Below, one piece after another: positions 41,701-53,700 of a stretch of 64,000 nucleotides of DNA; position 1 is the first letter of the stretch, and every line of letters starts with the position of its first letter. A program made the position numbers and the translations under genes. The notes under the pieces are model-generated. The model did not search any database, was not told where the DNA came from, and saw nothing but the letters and a program-made list of their open reading frames with translations. This DNA is from Mustelus asterias. Its lineage: Eukaryota. The stretch lies in contig NC_135826.1 of NCBI RefSeq assembly GCF_964213995.1, positions 31,868,001 to 31,932,000 of the forward strand, in the 5' to 3' direction.

Positions 41701-44700
41701 CCTAACCTGCACATCTTTGGACTGTGGGAGGAAACCGGAGCACCCGGAGGAAACCCACGCAGTCACGAGGAGAATGTGCAAACTCCACACAGACAGTGAC
41801 CCGAGCCGGGAATTGAACCTGGGACCCTGGAGCTGTGAAGCAGCAGTGCTAACCACTGTGCTACCGTGCCGCCCATTATGCTACAAATATAAAACTATCA
41901 TATGGAAATAACAAGTCACTTAATACCCCAAACTTACAAGCATTTTTAAACTGCACAAAAATTAAACCTTGATTAAGCCAAGGACCATTCCTTTATACTT
42001 AATTATATTTTGCAGCCTGAACAAAAGATACATTGTACATTATATAGTGTACACGACTTCTGTCCTTACTATTTGCAATTACCTCAGATGATCTGCTGCG
42101 TTACATAAAGTCTCATTGAAACAAAAAACAAAAGGCAATTGTTGTAGCAGAAATTCCACTATGAAAAGTTTCTGGAATACTTGTTAAAAAATGTGGGCTA
42201 ATAATCTCAGCAACACAAGAGCTATGAGGCCCATCTACAGTTTGGGACACCTACTTGTTCAGACAATCGTGCACACAAACTACACTGCACATGACCTTTT
42301 ACCTTATTCATAAATATTTAAGGATCAACATAATGTGACCACAGCAAAAAACACTTCTAAGCACAAGCAAATTTCCACGCTAAGAATCCATCTTTTAAAA
42401 CAGGCTGATCGCTGAACATTTCAACTATGTCCTTGTTCATTTCCCCAATCTGTCCACTATCACCCAGGGCCAATTTTACCAAAACTTCGCACCCAAAATC
42501 GCGGTAAAGTTGGGCGTCAGGCCTATACCGCGACCTGCACCCGATTCAGAGCAGATCACGGCTTTACCAACACCCGATTCGGGTACGGCTCTGGCCCGCG
42601 CCCGAATCGGGCAGCCCAACAATTTAAATGCATTAGCATGCATTTAAATCGACTGAATGAGCCGCGCACTCAACTCTACCACCAAATCCCACTTTATCAT
42701 CTTCTGGTCCGTTCTGGACCCGTGCTGTAAGCGACCTGCAGAATAAAAGTCCGAAGTGGATTTCTATTCTGCAGGGGAACCTCCGAAGCCCATCCTCCTC
42801 GACCATCCTTCGCGGACCCCCCCGCTAACCACCCCCGCAGATAATGAATGGTACTGGTCGATCTTCCTGGTGTTATCAGCACTGTAACATCAGGAATGGC
42901 TGCCGACACCAAGGATATAATTTTTAGCATAAGCAAGGCTTACATGCAGAACCCTAATGCCATTATCCTTTGTATCCAAGATGGTTCAGTAGATGCTGAA
43001 CGCAGTATTGTAAATGACTGGGTGAGCCAGATGGACCCACAACGCAGAAGGACCATCTTTGTGTTGACCAAAGTGGATCTAGCTGAGAAAAACCTAGCCA
43101 GTCCAAGTCGGATTCAACAAATTGTGGACGGCAAGTTGTTTCCAATAAAGGCTTTGGGTTACTTTGCAGTTGTTACCGGTAGAGGCAACACCAATGAAGG
43201 TATTGATTCCATAAAAGATTATGAAGGAGAGTTCTTTCAGAGTTCAAAATTGTTGAAGACAGGGATGCTGAAAGGACATAAAGTGGCAACTAAGAACTTG
43301 AGCCTAGCAGTTTCAGACTGTTTCTGGAAGATGGTGCGCGAGTCTGTGGAACAACAGGCTGATGCATTTAAAGCTACTCGCTTCAACCTTGAAACTGAAT
43401 GGAAGAACAACTATCCTCGGCTGAGGGAACTCGACAGGAATGAACTATACGAGAAGGCAAAGAATGAAATTCTGGATGAAGTGATCAGCTTAAGTCAGGT
43501 TACTCCAAAACACTGGGAAGAGATTCTACAAAGGAAACTGTGGGAAAGAGTCTCTACACATGTGACAGAGAATATTTACCTTCCTGCTGCCCAGTCTGTG
43601 AATTCAGGCACATTCAATACCACAGTGGACATCAAGCTCAAGCAGTGGACTGACAAACAGTTGCCTCACAAAGCAGTACAGGGTTGCTTGGGGAACCTTG
43701 GAGGATGAATTTGCTCGATTTATGTCAGAGCACAAAGGGAAGGACCATGATTATATCTTTGACAAACTAAAACATGCTGTTAAAGATGAAAGTATAAAAT
43801 GTCACAGATGGGATGAGCAGGCTGAAGACAGTCTGAGAGTCATCCAGCACAATGCTTTAGAAGATCGTTCCATATCTGACAAACAGCAGTGGGATGCAGC
43901 TATCCATTTCCTGGAAGAAACCTTGCAAACCCGTCTTCGAGATACTGAATCTGTAATTCGTGATATGGTGGGGCCAGATTGGCAAGAAAGGTGGTTCTAC
44001 TGGAAATCACGGTCTCCAGAACAGCATATTCGAAATGAAACCAAAACCGAACTGAAACGGCTGCTAAAAATCAATGAGGAACATACAGCTTATCTTGCTA
44101 ACGATGAAGTTACAACAGTTCGTAAAAACCTGGAGGCCAAAAATGTAGATGTGGACACCATTCTGATTAAAGGTACTTGGCACCAAGTTTACCAAAAACA
44201 CTTCCTAAAGAAATCGTTGAACCATTGTAATCTTTGCAGAAGAGGTTTCCACTATTACCAAAGGCATTTTGTAGATTCTGAGCTTGAATGCAATAACGTT
44301 ATCCTGTTCTGGCGCATTCAGCGAACGCTAACTATTACAGCAAACACACTCTGCCAACAGCTAACAAATACTGAAGTGAGACGCCTCGAAAAGAATGTGA
44401 AAGTAGTGGAGGATTTTGCTGAAGACAATGCTAAAAAAATTCAACTGTTGACAGGAAGGTGAGTTCAACTAGCAGAGGACCTCAAAAGGGTTCGTGAAAT
44501 TCAACCGAAGTTAGAAGTATTCATTGAAGCTCTTCATCAAGAAAAATAACACTGTCTCTCGTCACACACTGCCATACATGCCTCCTTCCTCCCCCCCTCT
44601 CTGCTGTTTTTTTCTTTGACGCCCGGGCGCGCTGCTTCTGATTTCTTTTTGAACTGCGCATGCGCAGTTCAGAGCTCCGATCAATCCGGCAGCGCTAAGC

Positions 44701-47700
44701 CCCGCCCACTGCACGGGTTGGACTGGAGCCGGCAAAAAGCGTATGGGGGCACTGGAAAGAGGATTCCAGGCTCGGGTCTGTATTACAACCAGATTTGGCA
44801 CTTAGACTCAAAATGGTAAAATCAGGCCCTCAGTGTCCATTTCTCCTCTGGATCCTTTCCCACAAAGGATTGAAGTTTTAACTTCCTGACTGCGCCAAAT
44901 AGAGAAGAATGCTAAGAAAATGATAGCCATTCATTGGCACACCTGCTGCAAGCATTGGTTTAGCATTGCTCTTCCCCTAGGCAAGGGTAGAAAAATTGAG
45001 ATTTGCAGTATGAACAACAATGTCTCTTCTCCTCCTCCCACACAACTGAAGAGTTTGATGGCATGGGCTCCCACACAAATGGAACTATTTGAAGGGCTGA
45101 TGGAATGGGGAGAGGGATCATGCTACATGAATGCACTTTCTTCCAGTAAATGTACATTTCATGTAGTGAAACCCATCTCTTTCTACATCCCCTCACCAGG
45201 ACATATTTTGTTCATGCGACAGGGGTCCCCCACATAGTTGCTTCTCTCCAGGAGGGGCTGACGCTATTTAAGTGCAATCAAGCACTTAACTGGCCGGTGT
45301 TAGACCTCCCACACAATCAAGGCTCCAATAGGGCAGAAATCTCACCCCCAAGAGTTGTTGACCAGAGGTCAGCAGTCTCCATTGCCAGCGGTGCCACCAG
45401 GAGCAGTGCCTGCTGCTTTTAACTCTCTGAAGCCTTCACCAGTGACCATTGCTGGGTTCCTAGAGACAGATGAATGGGGCAGGATGGGGGTTATGCACAC
45501 GTGAGATTAAATGCAAGGGCAGATTGTGCCCAGTGCCAGGTTTCTCACTCAGTCACCAAATGCCTGTAAACATTATGAGTCATTACAAAGTTATAGGCAA
45601 ACGTGATAAGAGTTTGCCATGCAAATTCCATCCACTACCTGGGAAATGAAATAAGGTGGTAAATAACATACAAATTCTGGCAATTCACCCCAAATTTAGT
45701 TAGTCTACCTGCATTCAAAAGAAAGGTCCAGGCACTGCAGTACATGCTACTTCGCTAAATGATTATTTTTAATCCAAATAACCTACAGAAACCTGAAATT
45801 CCATTTGAATCCATATTACATATCAGTGAGTGGCAAGTTAAGGATTAGATGATGCTTTGTTACTTCACAAAATATTGTTGGCAGTGTAGTCATGGCAAGT
45901 AGAATATAACTAACTTAATTTGTCACCCCAAACATTATATGGGCTATGCTGAAGAATATGGGTCCTCTTTAAAGCAAACTTTTAAAGCAAGCATTTAAGG
46001 TCATTTTAATTTAATTCTGAATGTCTGAATAGTTTCCCCCCAAAATGCCTACATCACTAAATGTTTTCAACAACAACATACATTAATTCTGTGAAAGTTT
46101 ATACTCCAGTTTGCTGCTGCTCTTGAAGGAATAAACCGGTCTCCACTTTTGCTTGGCGATGACACTGGTGAATTTGAAGGCGTTAATGTTCTTCTAACTT
46201 CTGATATCTGAACAAAATCCAGAAATGGAGAATGGTGTTAAATTAACATTAAAAATACAAAATCTGTAATAAAGTTAGAGCACAGCAGTATTAACCTATT
46301 CCATAGGTTCCATAACCTATTCCATAGGTCTGATCTTGCAGCATTAGTTTCTATTAGGATTCTTGAGTTTCAGTTTAGAAATAAAAACAACTGCAATACT
46401 AGACATCTGAAGTAAAAGAGTGCAAGAGAGATTAGTTTGATACATTTTCCTTGTACTATGAACTTCAGCTACTGCATTTTATAAATGTTTGAGAGAGCTT
46501 TTGGTGAGCAAAGAGTTTGTTGGGTTGGGTTCTAATGGAAGATGACAGCTTACATCCATTACGTTAGAAACTGAGCTCCCAGTCATTCGAAGCTTTTGAG
46601 AAAATGGGCCCCGCATTTAAATCACAAAGTAATACAGCGCGGAAAAGCTGCTTCGGCCCATCAAGTGTGCACCCACAGTAATTCCCTCTAAGATTGTACT
46701 CATCCGATTTTCCAGCACTTGGCCCATATCCTTGAATATGATGATGCTTCAAGTGCTCATCCAAATATTATAAGGTTTCCAGCCTCTACTACCTCCCAGG
46801 CAATGCATTCCAGATTCCCACCACCCTTTGAAGTGAAAAATAATTTTCTCAAAACCCTTCTGAATCTCCTGCCCTTTATGCTAAAACCATGTCCTCTCAC
46901 GATTGACACTCCCCAACCATTATGGAAGTAGGATCATTGATGAAGCAGCTGAAGATGGTTGGGTCTATGACATTACCTGGAGCAACTCCTGCATTTATGT
47001 CCTGGAACTGAGACGATTGACCTCCAACAATGACAACCATCTTCCAACCAGCAGAGAGTTCCACCTTTCCCAATACAGTTTTGCTAGGGCTCCTTGATGC
47101 CACACTCGGTCAAATGTTGCCTTGATGTCAAGGGCAGTTCCTCTCACCTCACCCTTGTAGTTTTTTATTCATTCATTCATTGGACATGGGCATTGCTGGC
47201 TGGCCAGCATTTATTGCCTATCCCTAGTTGCCTTTTAGAAGGTGGTGGTGAGCTGCCTTCTTGAATCGCTGCAGTTCAGTTGTTTTGTACATGTTTGAAC
47301 AAAGGTTGTACTGAGGTTAGAAGCTGAGTGACTCTAGTGGAACCTAAACTGAGCTTCAGTGGCCAAGTTCTGCTAAGCATGTGCCGCTTGATAGCACAGT
47401 TGTTGACCCCTTCCGTCACTTTACTGTTCGCGAGAAGACTGATCAGGTGGTAATTGGTCAAGTTGGATTTATCCTGCTTTGTGTACACAGAACATACCTA
47501 GCAAATTTCCACATTGCCAAGTAAATGCCAGTGTTATAGCTGTACTTGAACAGCTTGCCTAGGGGCACAGCAAGTTCTGGAGCACAAGTACTATTGCTGG
47601 AATATTGTCAGGGCCCACAGCGTTGCAGTTTCCAGTATCTTTGGCTGTTTCTTGGTATATGTGGCCTGAATCAAATTGACCACAAGACTGGCACCTGTGC

Positions 47701-50700
47701 TGCTGGGGACCTCAGGAGGAGGCCGAGATGGATCATCCACTTGGCACTTCTGGCTGGATTGTTGCAAACGCTTCAGCCTTATCTTGTGCATTGATGTACA
47801 ATTTAACAATAAAAGACAGGAAAAAGATTATTTGAAATGACTCAGCTGTGTGCATTGTATTACTAAACTGTGATTGTAATTGTATTACCAAAGAATAATT
47901 TGGACTCTAACCCACCTGCATGACTTAGACTTTGAAACTTATAGTTTAGGATGTAGCTATTATGTATTGACGGTGCATTGATCATATTGAAGGTGTTATG
48001 ACTGGCGTGAGTCAATTGCTTTCACCAAAGATGGGTAAAATAAATCCTGGCTACTGGAGCTAAAGAGGAATAAAAATAGCTCACTGAAATAATCCAACAT
48101 TCAGTTGTGCAGGTTCACAGAAGAAAGAAAATTGAAAGTAAAAAAGACAGAGAAAGAAGTTAGCCCAGATCAGAACTAGCGTCGATCTCTGTCCAAGCTA
48201 TGATAGTAAAGGCTATGTGTAAATTGTAAACTACTGCCTACTAGTTAAGTGTTGTTTTATTATTCAATAAATCCTCATGCGTTACACCGAAATTACGTCT
48301 GCCAACTTCCCGTCTCATCAAGAAATCGAATAAACATTCAAGTAACTCACAAGGTCTTGAAAATATATAATAGGCCAAAATTCGTTGAGGAAAGAGGTTC
48401 ATATTTCACCTGTATTAACAGAAAAAGGGCCTTGTACACAAAAAATGAAGTATCTCTTCTTCCCATTCTTGCAGATACTGACTGACAGGTCTTACTCCAT
48501 GTGTTATCATATATCCAAACTGATCTCCTACAAGGCATAAATAATCAGATCACTGTTCAAATACATATCAAAAGTATGACGAAATTATTTTTAATGATGA
48601 TTTGATGGACTCAGGATTTCTACTCATGATATTTCTTTGGAAAGATTTGTGTGCTCCTTTTGCAGATGACATGATGTTGCTGCCGCTCACCTCTGATGAG
48701 GTTCACTTTACTTAACATCTTGAAAAAAGATTTTGCCGTTGTGATATGCTGGCAGATCCCCCTAGCCGCAGTATTCTGCCTTCATATAGCTCAAGAAGAA
48801 AGTTCAAGGTATTTTTTGGAAAATAAAAGTTATTTGTCTCATTATTGATTTATATTGGTTCATGGATCCTCAATAGATGCCAACTTCTGCCTGGTCACAG
48901 TCCATCAGGATGGGTGCACACTTCTTAACTTAAAGGGTGCAAGTCAAATTGTCAACCTGACTCCCAAATGCTCCATTTACTATGTATCCACTTTAATTGA
49001 TTCCTCGGCTGTAACAAACAGATTAAATTTAATACAATTTTATGATAACATAGACAACTGAAGTGAAAATCTCTACTCTTGTTCATATTCCAATCTCTTT
49101 TACATCGGTCCTATTCATCATTCTGATGTAGTTCCAATGATAGAGTTCATTGTTTACCCAAAGAACAAGTCCAGGACTCCACATCACAAGTACAAGTGCC
49201 CTGTGTTTCTCTATTTTTCATTTTATAGATATATCAAAAGTTCTTTGACAGAGTCTCCATAATATTTCCTGTGAAAATTAAGGATCAGTCAAGAGAACTT
49301 CTTCAATTTTCAAACTTCAGTTGAGCAGTGGTCAAATGGTCAAGTATTTCTTAGTCACTTTACCATCAAATTTCAATGCTAGCACTTTGCTATACCAACT
49401 ATTAAGTTTTTCATTAATACTTTTAGCTATTTTTACTAAATTTATTAAGGTCATAATAAACTGTCAAAAATGCTGTGATCGAACACAATTTTGCTTATAT
49501 TAAGCTGTGGCATAAAGTAGTTCTAAGTACTTTTAAAAAAAGGTTTATGCACATCATTTATAGATAAAGCCAGCTTTACTTTGAATTAACATATACATAA
49601 CTAGATGTGTAGGTTAGAGCGATTAGCAGGCTAAATATGTGGGGTTGCGGGAGTGGGGCCTGGGTGGGATTGTTGTCGGTGTAGATTCGATGGGCCGGGT
49701 GGCCTCTTTCTGCACTGTAGGGATTCAATAGATTCTTATCCATTCTGACTTTTTACCTTAGACTTGAACTTAACGTCTTGTGCGGATTTTTCTCAGATGC
49801 TGTTGGAAAGCTAGGTACAATGTATTGTAGAGTTTTTCACCGTCTACTTGGGTTGCGACCACTTCAAACCAAGGACGTTGGTCAAGAAGGATCCTTCCCT
49901 TTCTAAAGCTCTCTGCTGTTTGCAATGCTGCGTAGATATTCCTCAGGTTTACTACTGAACGTTCCACTATTTTCCACAATGTTTGGAAGAGTAATGGGTC
50001 CATCGTTGCTGTCACCCCTCCAACACTTTTATTAATTTGTGCCACCACAGCAGCATGTTTTCAGTCCACTAGATCCTCCCTTCATACCGCACATCTCTGG
50101 GAACTTAGTTGATTTTTGAACCCTTTTAGCCTTCTTAGAACATTGATGTTATTCATACCAAAATCATTAATTTTGCTTTGATCATCTCTGGTTGGGGATA
50201 TTACTTGTCGTCCCTTGTGAATAAAGAGAAGGTAAAAGAAGTATATTTGATTAATTTAAATTTATTGGCTACCTATTTCAATTGAAATCATGCACACGCA
50301 AACATCTCTCTGTTTCTATTCCTTTTTTATATTGCTGCGTAATTTGAGCCGCTGAAACAGAGGAGCGGTAGGCCATTCAGCCCTACCAGCTTGATCTTCA
50401 CCTCAGCTTGATTTTTCTTCATTTGATCCATTGTCCTTGGTATCTACTGCCTAATATATATATATCTGTGACCTTGGCGTGTCAATTGATTCAACAATCA
50501 TGGGCTGTAGTGATTAAGTGACTGGAGTAGTAATCCAGAGAACAGATTTTCAAATATCCCTTCATTCTCATCTTGAGAATTCGGAGTTAGATTTTTTTTG
50601 AAACATCTGGAAATTTGCAGTCTCAAGGTGACCATGAAGTTCTCTGACTGGTTTGCTGGTATCCTCAAGGAAAGAAAGCGCCACCAGGTCTGACCAATAT

Positions 50701-53700
50701 GTGACTCCAGTTTTGCACTAACAGGTTGACACATCTTTAAGGGATTCATGAAGAAGGCCCACTTCAGGGCAACTAGAGATGGACAATGAATGTCAACTTT
50801 ACCAGTGATGCTCACAGCCCACAAGTAACCTTTTTTCTACAAAATCACGAGATAGAGTAAAATTACGAGAAATAGGAAGGGTCGAGAGCTTCAAGTTTTT
50901 AGGTGTCCAGATCACCAACAATCTGCCCTGGTCCCCCCATGCCAACAGTATAGTTAAGAAAGCCCATCAACGTCTCTACTTTCTCAGAAGACGAAGGAAA
51001 TTTGGCATGTCAGCTATGACCCTCTCCAACTTTTACAGATACAACCAGAAAGAATGCTTTCAATGGTATATCACAGCTTGCTATGGCTCCTGCTCTGCCC
51101 AAGACTGCAAGAAACTACAAAAGATCATGAATGTAGCCCAGTCCATCACACAAGCCAGGCTCCCATCCATTGACACTGTCTACACTTCCCACTGTCTCGC
51201 AAAAGCAGCCAGCATAATTAAGGACCCCATGCACCCTGGACATTCTCTCTTCCACATTCTTTTGTCCGGAAAAAGATACAAAAGTCTGAGGTCACGTACC
51301 AACCGACTCGAGGACAGATTCTTCCCTGCTGCCATCAGACTTTTGAATGGACCTACCTCACATTAAGTTGACCTGTCTCTACACCCTAGCTATGACTGTA
51401 ACACTACATTCTGCACTCTCTCTTCTCCTCTAGAATGGTATGCTTCATCTGTATAACATGCAAGAAACAATACTTTTCACTGTATACTAATACATGTGAC
51501 AATAAGTCAAATCAAAACTTCAATTTTTTGACTTTGGGAAACGTGCTTCCTAACTACACTCCTGAATGGCCTAGCTCTAATTTTAAGATTGTGCTTCCTT
51601 GTTCCATTGCCCCAGTATTTCCATCCAACCTTGATTTTAAAATTCTTATCCTTTGCTTTCAAATTCCTCCATAGCGTTGCATCTCCCTCTAACTTTTTTC
51701 AGTGCTGCAACCCACTAAAATCGCTGTGCTCCTCTAATCCTGGGCTCATGAACTTTGATTTCAGCGGCCATCCCTTTAGCTGCCGGGGCCAATAAAGTCT
51801 AGAATCTCCTCCTTAAGCCTCTGCATCTCCAGTTCTCTCTCCGCTTTTAAGACACTGCTTAAAATCTACCTCTTCAACCAAGTTTTTGGTTTTCTGTCCA
51901 AATAACCCCAAGTGAGGCTCCGAGTCAATTTTGTAAAGTGTCCTTGGACATTGGTAAGGCCACACTTGGAATACTGTGTGCAATTCTAGTCACCCTATTA
52001 TAGAAAGGATATTATTAAACTAGAAAGAGTGCAGAAAAGATTTATTAGGATGCTACTGGGACTTGATGGATTGAGTTATAAGGAGAGGCTGAATAGACTG
52101 GGACTTTTTTCTCTGGAGCGTAGGAGGCCTTATAGAGGTCTATAAAATAATGAGGGGCATGTAGATAGTCAATAACTTTTCCCAAAGGTAGGGGAGTCTA
52201 AAACTAGAGGGTATAGGTTTAAGGTGAGAGGGGAGAGATACAAAAGTGTCCAGAGGGGCATTTTTTTTCACACAGAGGGTGGTGAGTGTCTGGAACAAGC
52301 TGCCAGAGGTCGTAGTAGAGGCAGGTACAATTTTATCTTTTAAAAATGATTTAGATAGTTACATGGGTACGATGGGTAAAGAGGGATATGGGCCAAATGT
52401 GGGCAATTGGGATTAGCTTAGGGGCTTTAAAAAAAAAGGGTGACATGGACAAGTTGGGCCGAATGGCCTGTTTCCATGCTGTAAACCTCTATGACTCTAT
52501 CTATGACTCTATGTTACTATGTTAGGGACAGTAAGAGTTTTACCAACGCTAGGTTGGAGTCCAACAGGTTTATTTGGTAGCAAATGCCATTAGCTACCAA
52601 ATAAACCTGTCGGACTTTAACCTGGTGTTGTTAAAACTCTAACTGTGTTTACCCCAGTCCAACGTCGGCATCTCCACACTATGTTAAAGACACATGGCCA
52701 ATGGTGGAGTCATGAAAATTGGATGAGCAAGAGGCCAGAATTGTGGAATTGGATCAACAAGTGGCTAGAATTGGAGAGCAGAGATCTTGCAGGGTCTGTA
52801 CGGCTATATCTTGTTGGGGATAGGGAGGAATGAGGCTGTGGTGGGAGTTGTGGATATTTTAAAATGAAGCTGCTGCCAGATAGGGAACTCCGTGTAGGTC
52901 GGTGAGCAGTGACAGCAGCAGCTTGCATTTATATACTGCCTTTTAAGACTTATCTAGATAGCCACATGAACGGAGTGGGAATGGAGGGATACAAAAGAAT
53001 GGTCTAGTTTGGACCAGGGAGCGGCGCGGGCTTGGAGGGCCGAAGGGCCTGTTCCTGTGCTGTATTGTTCTTTTTGATACAGTAAAATATTCCAAAGTGC
53101 TTCACACAAGTGTTAGCAAACAAAATATTTTTTCACAGAATTGATGGGTGTAATGTCCTAACTATGTTAGGGGTTGTGGGTCTTAAACAAAAAGACCCAA
53201 AAAGTCCGAAGATGTGCGGGTTAGGTTGATTGGCCATGCTAAAAATTGCCCCTTAGTGTCCTGAGATGCGTAGGTTAGAGGGATGAGTGGGTAAAATATG
53301 TAGGGATATGGGGTAGGGCCTGGGTGGGATTGTGGTCGGTGCAGACTCGATGGGCCGAATGGCCTCTTTCTGCGCTGTAAGGTTCTATGATTCTATAACT
53401 AAAATAAGGGCAATGCCAAGTGCGGTTGACAGTTTTGAGTTTGTGTCAATACACATCTAAAAAATAATTTCCACCTATGTAATATTGATCATCAATTCAA
53501 CGCGTTCATCAAGATTTTAGCAAAGTGCAACGGCCGACGTGAAATTATCATACGATGTTAACTTGAAATGTGAGAAACACTCAATAGTATGAATTTTGTC
53601 TTGCAAAGCTCAGGTTGTATTTGGAGTGAGCATTTTGATTGAGAACAAAAAAAGCTGAGTGCATGATGAAGTTAGACACCAGGATTCCACATTTCCTGAT

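Noticed and set aside
42848-44462. The 286-aa and 254-aa ORFs as functional OPA1 genes
   Set aside because: They are two halves of one frameshifted, intronless copy that lacks the targeting sequence, TM and G1/G2 motifs and has a premature stop.
46292-46329. 17-bp direct duplication TAACCTATTCCATAGGT near the exon 2 acceptor
   Set aside because: Simple local slippage duplication, well upstream of the splice signals.
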